Below, in pieces: positions 48,691 through 61,300 of a stretch of 64,000 bases of DNA. Numbering within the stretch: position 1 is the first letter of the stretch; every line of letters begins with the position of its first letter. Source of the stretch: Hydrolagus colliei (Eukaryota). A program made the translations under genes and the position numbers. The stretch is from assembly GCA_035084275.1 (NCBI GenBank), contig CM068765.1, positions 1,612,001 to 1,676,000 on the forward strand. Direction: 5' to 3'. The notes beneath the pieces are model-generated. The model was not told the DNA's origin, did no database searches, and saw nothing but the letters and a program-made list of their open reading frames with translations.

Positions 48691-51289
48691 CTGAAGAGGA
48701 GACAGCAAGACAGACGGGGGTAGGGGAAAAGAGGGTGAGGTGCGGAAGAGGGGGAAAGTGAAGGGAGGTGGGGTAGTGGGTGGGGGAGAAGGTACAGTTC
48801 AAAGAGCAGTTAAAGCGACATAACAGTGAGGTCGTCATCTTCATGCGTCACTGATGAATACCTTTTGTAATCACAAGTGAAAAGAGTGTGGATCAGAGGT
48901 CAACAAGACTGTGGTATTCTCATTATCTGATGTACTTTGCAATAGCGTTGTATCATTCGCAGATTGGGTTTTTTTCCGCTCATTGGTCGGGATGTGAATC
49001 CTCGAACTGTCGAGTGTTTGAGTTCACCCAATTGAATTCATATTTAATCTCCCGCAAAAACTAACTGAAACACAGGAACGCTATTCACTTGTCAAGCGGT
49101 CTTGTTGCCCGAAAAGCAACGTGGTAGTGGAGAGAAGCACATTAGCTCAGGGTGATTATAGACTATAGACTATAGACTTCCAGTGCAATTATAGGGGAAC
49201 AAGAGAAACTCAAGAGACTTATCAGTCGCACGATTATTTCCATTTTTATTATTATTTTTGGAATGAGTCAGAGTTCCACTGACGGATTAAACTTCATCAA
49301 CTTCATCCTGAACCCGGGATCACAGGCTGAGAATCCGGTTGGCTTTTTGAGAGGGGTCGTGGGCGCGTACAGCACAAACCAAACGTCTGTGGCAAGTCAC
49401 GTTTCTGTGGGGACTGGGCAGGGCAGGGAGGGCTACCAGATTGGCACGGACAAGTGGCCCTGTGGGCACTCGGTTCCGCTTGTAAATCGCAGTCTATCGA
49501 TTTGGTGTGTCGCTGCTAAATCACATTGGCAGCCTCTGCGTCACTGCATCCAGCACATGAAATACTATTTTGCTTTCAGCCGCAGTACGGAAATCAGCAT
49601 TTACTCTTGGCAGCGTTGGCAGCTACTTTGCTAATGGTTCCCAGGGAGTCTCGATGCAGATTAAGGTCAGACTGTTAAAGGCTTTGCAACCTTTTTTTTC
49701 CCATCATTTCTTTCCACATGTTGGAATTGTTCCTTGTAGGAATCGCGCAGTACGGGGTGGAATTCCTAGCATGGCGAGTTCCTGAAGCTCGCTCAGCCAA
49801 TTGAAGGAAAAGTTCTCAAATGAAAACTATGCAATCCCCCCTCCTTGCCCCCCCAGCCCCCCCAACCCAAATGACAATGACGTGGGCTGAGAGGTGGATG
49901 TAGGTCACAAGCCCACCCCACTTGAGGATACGAACAGAAGTTACTTTTCGCAGGGGGAGGGGAGAGGGGTAGGTGGGGGGGGGTGGGGCGAACGTTAATC
50001 AAATGCTCAGCTGGTCTCGTAGAGTTTTAATCGACCCTCATATGACAAATTACGTTTAAAATCTTTGCTAAATTCGCTCGTGGGTATCTCAAGACTAATT
50101 TCAGTGCTGAGAAATCAACAGCTTGGTGTGCACTGTCTGTGTACCCCTTTGGTGTTCATTTTCCATCTTTTCGCGAACCACTTGATCCTTTTGACCCCTG
50201 ACCCACTCGGATTTCAAAGCATTTAACACGGCATAATTCATTTTGCATAATTCTCGCCAAGACTCCCGCGAGTCCATTACATCTTCTGCACCTCTCGATT
50301 CGTTTGGTTGAGGAAAGGAGAATTGAGTCAGAGAAAAGGAGGAACGTACCGAGTTGAATGTTAGCGCATTCGGGAAAACGACACGTCAGTCTTATTATAT
50401 AAGCCGTCTCGGCCACACGGTGAAGGCAGAGAGACACACAGGCATCAATCAAAAGAATCAAAGGCAAGCGGCGTTAATTCGACAGGGGGAACATAAAGAC
50501 GTGTAAGGAGCAAACTTACACGTCTCCATCAGACAAAACCGTTGTCTTGACACTAGAACTAACATGTAGTATATTCAGCCATTGTAACTCTCAATTATCA
50601 ATCAATGGTGTGATTGTACTGTACTGGACTACACTGGACTTCAGATTCTCTCCAGCCATGAGGGAGTGCAAATCGCTTCTCTCTTGCCCTTGTGAATTAG
50701 TCAATCGGTCAAGCGATCGGTCAAACTGACCATCGAGGCTTTCGTGAACCCTTCACATGCTCGGAAAGGTCACTGAAGTACGGGGTTTGATTTTTCTGTG
50801 TCATTCGCTTATGCGTGCTCTCTCTTTATCTATCTCTCTCTTCCCCCCCCCACACACACACACATTGATAGGGCCTTTTTCTCTACATTTCTCAATACAA
50901 CGTTTGATCGAAGTATCGGAATCAAATAGTTTTTAAAAACGCATGATCTACCGACAATGATGAAATGAAAGTCGTTTTGTGAGTTTGCGCATTGAGCTGT
51001 GCCTCCTGGGTGCCAGGATAAGCCTAGTGGCTATAGTGAGCAAACCCTTCACTGTCCATTGTGACAGAGTCGGTCAACCCACTGATAGGAAGGAGACAAT
51101 CTGCTAACGTCCGCTGCTCTCAGCAGTCAGTCAACCTCACAGAGCATCGGGGCAGCATCAAAATGCGACTGTATAAACAAATCACTTCACCCTCGCTCAC
51201 TCCGCATCCAACCCCTCCCTCTACGTGAAGAGCGCCAAGATTAAAACCTGCAAGTTGTTGTTGTTTTAAGCCTTCAGCTCTACCGCTGA

Positions 51290-51632
51290 TGGGAATGAGA
51301 CAAAAGGTAGGGGAGGGGTAGGTATTGGCCTACTCCATGTCCCCCAACCCATCTGCCCCACCGTTGACGGGCAAGCCTTTATCCATTCTGCCCCCACCAA
51401 CCTCTGGGACACCATCCCGCAGTCTCTCCGCTTCATCCCCTCCCTGGCCTCCTTCAAGAACCACCTCAAAACTTTCCTCTTCGATGGTCCCATTGGCAAC
51501 TCCTTCCCTCCCCCCCCCCCACCCCCCCCACCGCACCGTGACCAGCTCGGATCTAATACAGTAACTGTCCAGTGCCTTGAGACGTCCCCCCTGACGTGAA
51601 AGGCGCTATCCCAGTGTCATTTAGTTGCTGTT
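51290..51632 (+). mobile_element. L2 LINE 3' fragment
   Basis: ctctgggacaccatccc...cctcaaaactttcctcttcgat; tail gccttgagacgtc...gtgaaaggcgctat. Confidence 0.7.
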
Positions 51633-52589
51633 GTCTTCACCGATATGTTTGAAGAACTAAGGAATGGCTGTTACCTCCATTAACATGGGAGGCTCGCGGC
51701 CAAAAAAAATCAGTGCGGCTAATAATCCTGCTTTGTGCACATTTCCCTTCTCCTTTTCAAGTGTCGACTCACGTTGGGGGATCCATTTCCACAAGCCGCC
51801 TTTCAGTGCCACAAAAGCCCATTGTCCTCAAAACACTTGCCACGCTGTTCAGCTGTGAGGGGGGGGGGGGGGGGCGGGGGGGGTGGGGGTGGGGGTGGCA
51901 AGCATGGCACGCCCGGACTCCCTTTACAATGCTCGCGATAGATAACGGTCAGAAACATAGAATCCCTAACTCACTGCGGCTTCCCACACAATGGTTCCCT
52001 GCTGGTTTTAGTGCCATTTGTTTTTTAGTGACTGGCCGACTATTGTGCTAAGAATACGTCTCAACTCTTTTCATCGCAGTTGTCAGCTTGGAGCCGCTCT
52101 CGCTCCCAGCTATCTGAGCTTCACTGCTACATTTGTGTGCAGTTCATCGCGCAGCACGATCAACAAGGCTGCTTTTCCTTGCTGTTCACGTTAGCCTCTC
52201 TCTCTCTCTCCCTCCCTCTCTGTCTCTCTCTCTCCTTCTCACTCTCTCTGCCTCTCTCGTGCCCTGGGGGTAACTTGTGCTCGTTAATCCGTCTCGCCGC
52301 ACTCCGCTTTCAATTTTGACGGGTTTTAATCATCTCTTAAGTGTTCACAATAAAAGGCAACACTCGAGGAGCGACAAACGCGTAAAATCTGTGCATTTGG
52401 CCAACAAGAGCTGCTGCAAGTCGCAAAGTAAACAGATGTCCGCAGCTCAGAACATTTCTTCCCCTGCCTGCAGGAGGTAGCTCGATGGCTGCTCTCTATC
52501 ACTGCCTGGGCTGCAGTGTGTCCCATTAATAGCTGGAGCTAGATTTTCAAGCGAGGGCCACGTCAGATTGTAAAATAATACTGCAATAA

Positions 52590-52918
52590 AAATAATAATC
52601 CTTGCATTTGAGCCAGTGCTTTTCATGTCTTCTCGACGTCTCAAAGCGCTTCACAGAATAGACTGTAAAGTAAATTGACTGTATATTTGTGGGCGAAGCG
52701 CGGCAGCCAATTGCGCACAGCAGCGTCCCCCACAAACAGTTGTGGATTGAAATGACAGATTTATTATAGTTTTGGGGGGTGTGGAGGGATTATTATTATT
52801 AGGCGTGTTTATGAAGCAAGGAAACTTGCCCAGGGTTTCACCCTGACCTGCCTGGATTCGAAACACTCATCTCACATTTGTAAGAGCGAGTGCTCTAACC
52901 GCTGAGCTACAGGACTCC
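52590..52918 (-). mobile_element. tRNA-derived SINE, full length
   Basis: Same family, antisense. Confidence 0.88.
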
Positions 52919-54901
52919 AGGTATACAGAGCCTCATCACACTGTTGAGACTTCTCAAAGCGCTTCACAGAATATACGGCAGAGTGAATGAACTCTGTGTT
53001 TTGTAGAGCAACAGCAGGATATACTGATTGGTACTGGTTCTCTAAATACCGGTAAGCATTCAAAGCAGTCCCATGGTGTGTGTCAACTTGGATCAGTTGG
53101 CCATATTTGGCCTGATGGACAGAAGGTTGAGTTTCCATCACACACACACATCTCTTTGACCGAGTCTCTGATCACATTCCCCCCAATCACCTCCGAGTGA
53201 GGAACTCTACATAAACACAAATTGTAATTGTTTACTGGAACCCTCTCCCCCTCCCCCGGTCCATGCCAATATACGAGTTAATCACACATCCGTAAATTAA
53301 GTGATATTGTCAATCTAAGGTACCACTGGGGGCTTAAAGAATGTAATTTGCTGCTGTCCAACCTGCCAAGCATCAAATCAATTTCAATAAACAACGTGCA
53401 GATCATATACCAGGGAAATCTATAAATTGAGTAGATGGGGTTCTGCCATCATTGATTCCCCTACAAATATACAGTCAATTCACTTTAAAGGAATATTCTG
53501 TGAAGTGCTTTGTGACGTCTAGAAGACGTGAAAAGCGTTCTATCGAATGCAAGGATTATCATTCATACTGTTCAATGATTATAATAAAGCGAGACACCTT
53601 TTGAGCTGCGTAATTTGCAGACAGTAAAGTCTAGTCTAAACCAACATTTGGTTTGGAGTCCAGCAATATGAAGTTGTCATTAATCTGCACTTATTCCCTC
53701 GGGGAAGTCCGATCTGTTGGGCACCATCCATCATCAATGTACAAAATTCCAAACTTCAAAACCCAGTTTTTTTTCTGATCTCTATTTAGTGCTTTGACAA
53801 ATAAATGCCTGCCACCACAGACTCACTGTGCTAATTATACCACTTTCAAGCGGATGAATCAGAACCATTGGTTAGCTACGATTGCTAAAGACTCTTTCCA
53901 AACGCGTTTCTCTGATGAATTTCGGTGTACCCTTCAAAATGTAATAAAACTCACTGGCAGCTCGATTTAAAATTGATACAGATCTTTGCCTGAAGACAGG
54001 AGTATGGGTGTATCTGCTGTGAAAATAAGTTTTAACATTATGCCCCTTTATGCCCAAGTGTGGATGATTTATATAAATGGGAGAAAATGGCAATGAATGG
54101 CTTGCGCGACAATACAGTTTGCATCTCTACAGACTGGAAAAATCTGCCTCATTAATCACGAACTCACACTGCAAGTCCCACCTGTGTAATTTAAAATACA
54201 TAATTCTGAAGAAGTTGTTTGCCTGACTAACTCTCCTGACTACAGTGCCTCTAGTCAGCTCGACGTTAAAATCGAAGGCGCATAAACTCTCGTGTAGAAT
54301 TTTGCATTGAAATCACCCTTTCGCGTGGGAAGGATGATTTAACGAAGGATGCCTCAAAGCATTTCACACTGCTGGCTGGTCAGACAGAACTGGAGGTGAC
54401 AAGAAGATGTGAGAGAACAGAAGGAAACAGTTACTCACCATTTGACCGCCACAAGCAAAATAAATAACCTCCCACTCTTTTGGGAGGGGGGTGCAAGTCA
54501 TGAAAGCTTAATACCCTGAAATCTTTCCACCGACTTGAATTTTAAAATCTAGGATCATTTTTTTCATTTGGATCGTTGAGGTGCAAATTAATTATAGCCT
54601 GTAGCCTGGTTCTTTGTTCAGACCACATGGAAGAGAGGCTTAAAGTCAAAGGTATTCCCTCAATGGCTGAATATACAAACATTGTCTTTACAATATATAT
54701 TTATATATTATATATGAAGCTCACTGTGATTTGAGACTGGTGAAAATAGCTCCACGACTGTACTCACCGAGATCATTTAACAGCAACAATTTGCACTTAT
54801 GTATTGCCTTTCACAATGGACAATGTCTCAAAGGGCTTTGTAGAGACACAGTGGGAGATGGAGGCAAGGAGATAGTCCGAGATGGCTGAGGGCGCAGTCA
54901 A

Positions 54902-55143
54902 NNNNNNNNNNNNNNNNNNNNNNNNNNNNNNNNNNNNNNNNNNNNNNNNNNNNNNNNNNNNNNNNNNNNNNNNNNNNNNNNNNNNNNNNNNNNNNNNNNN
55001 NNNNNNNNNNNNNNNNNNNNNNNNNNNNNNNNNNNNNNNNNNNNNNNNNNNNNNNNNNNNNNNNNNNNNNNNNNNNNNNNNNNNNNNNNNNNNNNNNNNN
55101 NNNNNNNNNNNNNNNNNNNNNNNNNNNNNNNNNNNNNNNNNNN
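54902..55143. other. Assembly gap (242 N)
   Basis: Run of N. Confidence 1.
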
Positions 55144-55606
55144 AACAATAGTATTTCAGACGGGGAGCACATGAGCCAATACAGCGAATATCTGTATTAG
55201 GAGATTATAATTGAGCAGGTAATAAATGCAATAAACTAGTGAACATTCTTCTGAGGTTTAGCACCTATTGCACTGTAAAATATCCAATGCACATTTTGAT
55301 GGCTTTTCTATTACCTTGCAATTAGGAAAGGTTGGGCATCAACGATAATGATATCAATGCATTGCCAATTACTGTGCGCTTCTCTCTGGAACCCAAGTAA
55401 AAAGGCACACATTAAAATTCCCCCATTAAAATTCAAGTTACAGCGTTACAGTAGAATGCAGCCATCACCAGTCTCAAGTCTGATCGAAACAGGTTAACAA
55501 TTCAGGAGGGATATCATTGATCTGTTCGCATACTCTTAAATCAGTGAAGAGAGTTAGGCGATGACATACACACACACACACGACCGCTTTGTGAAAAACA
55601 ACTTAC

Positions 55607-55609
55607 AGA
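55607..55609 (-). CDS. ABCA2: 3-nt alternative microexon TCT (KE-A-FY becomes KE-VS-FY)
   Basis: tgccatgctgcatgctgttcag|TCT|gtaagt; long AG-free pyrimidine-rich upstream zone; frame-preserving. Confidence 0.8.
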
Positions 55610-56008
55610 CTGAACAGCATGCAGCATGGCAGCGAGTCAAGCAGGTGGACAGGTGAAAAGAGCGTTACAAACGGAAGACAACAAACAAACGAATGAACAG
55701 ACGAACAGACGAACCAACGAACGAACGAACGAGACAAAAAGGAAAAAAGAAAAAAAAAATTAAAATGAATTCGAATCGCATAAGAATTCAACAGCCGCAC
55801 GTTCAATCGACAATAATCACAACCTCCTCCTGAGCGGGAGCTCGCCTCGACCCGGCCAGTCAGGAACTCCACCGTCCATTTGTCAGTTGCGATGTAAAGC
55901 GGAATACAGTGCGGCTGATAGCTTGTCCCGAGTCTTGTCCCACCAGAACCAAAGGTTCGGAACTCATGGTGAACACGGCCTGAATGAAACAGTGAGCCAC
56001 GGCAGACT

Positions 56009-56041
56009 CATCATCCTGTAGATGTGATCTACAGGATGATG
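56009..56041. repeat. Perfect hairpin, 15-bp arms with a 3-nt loop
   Basis: catcatcctgtagat-gtg-atctacaggatgatg. Confidence 0.93.
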
Positions 56042-57159
56042 GAAGGTAGCCTTTCTAACCTTTCTTATGTTCTTACGACAAACCTGTCGAACCTGCCAGC
56101 CCACCCCTCCCCACCAAGTTGAAGTAGGAAGTCGATTCCTGCGTGCACAGATGAGATGGATTGCTTTTTAGAAATAAGATTATATATAGCACATCGGTCG
56201 TTTGGGACAGATGTGTAGATGTGACCTGCAGGTTGATGGAAGGTGAGCTAGATGGGACTTTTTTTTGTCTAGCATTTGCTATGTTCTTATCTACATGCTC
56301 TTCCATCCTTGGACCATTATTTCAATTGATGTTCAGGACAATGTTTACTGGAGTTTGGGCCCGGTGGAGGGGGCGGGGGTTGCAGGGAAGGGGTGGAGGG
56401 GAGGAGGTGGGGGCGAGATGATTGCATGGAACTCGTTCTATCTACCCTCCACCCACCCCCAGTGTCAATTGTTACATTTAATGGCAAACGGCAAAAGTGA
56501 CGGGGTGGGGATCGTATAACAAACAGGATGTGACCAAGCTTCACACAGCGCTATCGATGCACCAACCGAGGTAAATGGAAAGAAACAGATGGGCGGAGAA
56601 GGAATTAGGTTGGGCCTGGTGGAACATTTTTACTCTTGCCAGCAAAACTATTACCCAAGTGCAGCATTCATTACTCGAGGGCAAAATTTACTCAGGTATC
56701 AGAGTGGGAATGTAGAGTTGGGGGCACAAGCGAGGGAACGATTTGGTGTCACTGTGAATGATCTTTCCTTCTCTCGAAGCTGAGGCCAAAAATAGCACAA
56801 GTAACTTACCCAACCCAACCCACTGGGGAGCTACCCTGGGCACTGCCTTTTCCCACGCAGCGGGCAGTGCCTGAAGACAACATGGGGTTTATATTACACA
56901 GGTATACGAAACCAGAGATTGCTGCCCCACTTGATATCCCCATTCAAGCCTCCTGCAATATTCCTACTGCGGATTCGTTGAAAAGAGGCCAGTTTGTCAA
57001 AATAAGATATTTACAATAGTATCTGCCCCGAATGGATTAAGGAAACCTGCCCAAACATTTCACACTGCCAGGAATCGAACCCAGGTCTAGGGAGCCGAAA
57101 CATAAGTAGGGACATAAATGTAAAAACAGACGCCGGCAGATTCTGATAGGGAGTTTGGG

Positions 57160-57330
57160 AGATACTATGTGTGTGGAACTCACTGTCGGAAACTATGATT
57201 GAAGCTAAAAAGGCATCGATTGATTTGAGAAAACTTGATAGGAGAGGGGAGTACATTGGGTACAGGAGAGAGGAATGGGAGGGGTGGGCCCACATCGTGA
57301 ATTCTGCGTCATTGAACTCTACGTACTCCA
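57160..57330 (+). mobile_element. Degenerate CR1 3' fragment
   Basis: gtgtggaactcactgtc...tgattgaagct...aaacttgatagg. Confidence 0.5.
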
Positions 57331-58026
57331 AAGCATCACATTGTTGCCTTGTATCGTCCATTCAATGAGACTTAATGTGTGTCTGTGGCAACGTGGTCAT
57401 TGCCTTTCCATTGTTAACCTGGCCAACAGGTCTACCTGATGTTTGGGATTCAGCAACAGAGGCAACATAACATAACATAAACATGCAATTTGAATATTAT
57501 GATTAACCAGAGCAGCAAATAAAAAAAACACATCTGCCACACTGATCACATTAACATAACCCACAAAATGCGAAATGTAATCCATCAAACTTCATCCATC
57601 AAAGCCTTTCGAAATAAACAGGTACAAACTGTACATTTTAAGCGTCTGAATACCTTGCCATCTCCACACTGTGACTGAACAGTTCCACTGTGGACCTGTT
57701 TTGGCTGACTCACTCAAAATTCATATTCCAAAGGAAACATTGTCAAAGGTATCTAACCTCCCACAACACCCCCCCGCCCACCACCCAACCCAGCTAAAAT
57801 ACAAACCCTTGACCGTCCAGGGGATTTGGGATGTCCTTCCGAAACGAAAGGCACCGTATAAACGCAATTTGTTGTTGTTAATAGTGTCGCAAGTGATTAT
57901 GATGCTCACTTGCTCCCAAACTGAAAAACGCAAACATATTGTCTCGATCCATAAGAACATGATAAGATCGCTCACACGTGGAGCCAACACACACACATAC
58001 ACACACAGACCACACAAACATATGGA

Positions 58027-58027
<1 letters not shown>

Positions 58028-58075
<48 letters not shown>
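58028..58075. repeat. (CA)n microsatellite
   Basis: Pure CA run; an imperfect CA tract also lies at 58851-58911. Confidence 0.95.
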
Positions 58076-58079
<4 letters not shown>

Positions 58080-59221
58080 CTGCTTACTCTCTCCCTTACT
58101 CTCCTTTTCCCTACTCTCTTGTGTACAGAGTTATAGTCTTGGGAGCACAAATGTCTCAAGGGATCCATGTCTTTCTTGCTTCCAAGCAAACGCGCGGACG
58201 CTCGACTAACCCATCCGATATCCAGCTCACGATCAGAGCTTGACCTCTTGGGACAGACACGCAGGGAGACAGACGGATGCTAATATTTTCTTGTGAAGAA
58301 TTCCGCCTGGAAAATAGATGGTGATGGAGGGGAGGGGTGTGTGGGACCAAGGCTGGAGAAAGGGAGCTTCCTCAACACCATGATCTCAGAAGGGCATTTT
58401 TTTTTTTTTTTACAGGTGTACAAAGTACAGCACCTCCTCTTTACTCTTTACTGGAAGATTTTATTAACTCAAGTAAAATCACACGCCCATGTCATTTTCA
58501 GAGGTTCCACTCCTCTCTCTTACAATTGAGTCAGACCGGTATCTATCATATTCCTACATTGGTACCGCTTTATTTGATGCTTGAAGCAATGTAATTCTAT
58601 GTGCGAGGAAGTATTTTTTTCTCTCTCCCTTGCCCTGCCCCGCTCCGCGCTAAGATCTGATTCCCCAGTGCAGCATAAACTCGCAAACGCACCCTTCGAG
58701 GATCCAAGAGTCTATTTGCGTCACTCTTGTGTTGCGGAAAGCCAAAGATCGGCAGTAAACGATGATAAGCGTTCACGACCTCAAAAAGAGGCGTGGGCGC
58801 ACACAAAAATACACTCGCTCAGCAAATGCAAGATTTCTCATATGCACAGATCACACACACACACACACAGACACACACACACACACACAGACACAGACAC
58901 ACACACAGACATGCACAGTGTGGCCTTAAATCCACCCCAGCTCTAGGAATGCTTCAAAGGTATTGTCACATAATGTTCAGCTGTTACCGTTTGACAGCTA
59001 CAGATAGCAGTGGAGGACAGGGAATTATTTGCACACCATGCGTGTATACAGTCACAGCACCATGAACAAGCCCCCTGTTAATGCTGCATCTCTCAGGCTA
59101 TCTGACCCCCTTTACAAAGTGGGATCTTTGCAAACGGAGCTAGATTTTGCCCGGCAAACCAAAACGAACAGCAGCTTGGCTCAGCAGGGTCAAGGCAGGC
59201 CACTGGCTATATCCACTGTAC

Positions 59222-59315
59222 CTTCTTTGACAGGAATAGTTGGCTTCTTCTGACGGAGTCCCAGGAGGATGAAGAACAGAACCAGCGGTATGAAGATCTC
59301 GAACGCCAGCACCCA
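59222..59315 (-). CDS. ABCA2: ABCA2 exon, TM1 ([31 protein letters not shown])
   Basis: ctgcag|TGG ... GAA G|gtacag; 94 nt, phase 0-1. Confidence 0.95.
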
Positions 59316-61149
59316 CTGCAGGCAAAAGACAAGACAAAAACCCGGTTCACTACAGGGGGGAAAATTCAGGACACAGTACACAACAACAACAAAACTACAT
59401 TCGTACAGCGAACCCAAATCAAACATAACATCAGAACCTGAGAAACACTAGTCGTTCCGCGTCCTCCCGACATGAAAGACGCTGTCTGTGCAAATGAAAT
59501 TTGTGTTTGTTGCTGTTGTATTCTGGAAGCATGTGGAGTAATGAGAATAATAATAATATCGTTAATAATCCTTGCATTTGATGGTTTTCGCGTTTTCTAG
59601 ACTGTGTCTCAAAGCGCTTCACAGAAGGTACTGTCGAGTGAATTGACTGTTGCCTTGTGGGTGAAATCATGAGGCCTTTGCAGGATTATTCGGCAACCGC
59701 TTGAAAAAATTTGTACATTTTTATCTCATAGTCTCTCAAGCAATCCATATACTGTAGTTGTATTCCCCTGCCCTTTGCCAATACCATTTTATGCACCGTA
59801 CGTACCTTCTTCCAAATATTCGTCTAATTCCTCTTTTAAAATTGGCATTTGCTACAATCAGTGAAAGGAGTGTGATCTGAAGCTTGGGCGCTGGTTTAAT
59901 CTAACGGTTCACAAGGCACAAACTGAGACACTCTAGGCGAGTATCTCTAGGGCTTTTGAGTAAATTTCAGCCTTATTTCTCGACCTTAAACCACTCTGAA
60001 AAACCCTGCATGATTCAAAAGGCGGACATACTGGCACTCAAGAGCTAAAATGCTTTCAACCTGCAATCACTGAGCCCTGGGCGTTCGCGATAAACCTGAG
60101 TAGTACAGCCATCAAACATTCCTGCAAGTTAGTTAAATCTCCATCAAAAAGATTTGGAGGTGAGGTAAAGACCTTTTTGTTCGTTGGTGTACAGGAACCT
60201 GCCCAAGACTCGTTAAAATTGGTCATGTGTCTGGCTGACATTTGACATTGCTGTGCGCAGTAATAATAATAATAATACTAATACAGTACTGTACTTGCGT
60301 TTGAAATAGCGTCTTATCACATGTTCGAGACAAATCAAAGAGCTTCACATAATATACAGTAAAGTGAATTGACTGTATATTTTGTGGGCATTCACCTACA
60401 AATGCACAATCGGGACATTTGACAGTAAATTTTGCGAAGCTCCATCGAAACATCTTTGAGTGACGCGCTGAGGGCGCCATACCAAACGCGAGGATCATCT
60501 GTTTATGCAATTATTTAATTCCCTAGCAGTTGTTCATGCGTGAACATCAAATGGCACCCAGATCAGATCATGAGTCAGTAAGCTAATCATAGAGCTGAGA
60601 TGGTAAACACAAAGACAACAGAACCAATAACCAAGCCAGGAGATTAGAGGCAGTAAATCATTTTCAGCACCCATCAAACAGGAAGTATTCTATATATAGG
60701 ATTTGCTTTCTACACACCCTGCAACACTAAAACTCAGAACCACACAGTGAGGAGATATGGGTTCAATCCAACACATTCTGCGCTGTCCGTAGGAAAAGAT
60801 GCACCGTACAGCTTCTTGCCTTTGACGCACTTACCAGAAGATTGAAGGGTTGTAAAGTCCTCACTACAGTTATTTGTAGGACATTGCTATGTCCAATTTA
60901 GCTGCCACATTCGCCCACATACACAGTCACACCACCTTACACCTGTGAAGCTTCAATGACGAGATAACAATGACGCTATATCAAAATCAAGGATTATTAT
61001 TATTATTATTCTTGATTGAAGCCACATCAAAAGTCCCAATTTACAAAGTGCCAACATAAGATTTCCCCAGGCTTGGGAAATATGTTAAAGGACAGAGGGC
61101 CATTGGAAAGATTGGAATTAAAGATCCTGATTCCCGGGAACACTAAAAG

Positions 61150-61300
61150 AAGAATAATACTAATAATCCCTTGCATTTGATTTGGCGTTTTTCTAGTCGT
61201 CTTACAGCGCTTCACAGAATACACCGTAAAGTGAGTTGACCTGTATATTTGTGGGCTAAATGCGGTAGCCAATTGCACATAGCAATGTCCCCACAAACAG
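61150..61300 (-). mobile_element. SINE 3' half (further tail fragments near 1720, 7420, 17400, 53460, 59550, 60280)
   Basis: Same family. Confidence 0.75.

Larger units (their letters stand above)
1..59315 (-). other. ABCA2: ABCA2 gene body (partial: first coding exon upstream of window, NBD2/C-terminal exons downstream)
   Basis: 36 phase-consistent GT-AG exons splice into one open frame. ABCA2-diagnostic peptides include [59 protein letters not shown] and WEWSWPW, plus a complete NBD1. Confidence 0.97.

Noticed and set aside
54828-55172. ORFs spanning X residues
   Set aside because: They are an artefact of the N gap.
57671-59065. HT-rich and VC-rich ORFs
   Set aside because: They are translations of (CA)n microsatellites.
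2480-61300. Recurrent repeat units as a CRISPR-like array or prokaryotic system
   Set aside because: The copies are dispersed, diverged and on both strands, with no regular spacers or cas genes. The context is a spliced vertebrate gene.
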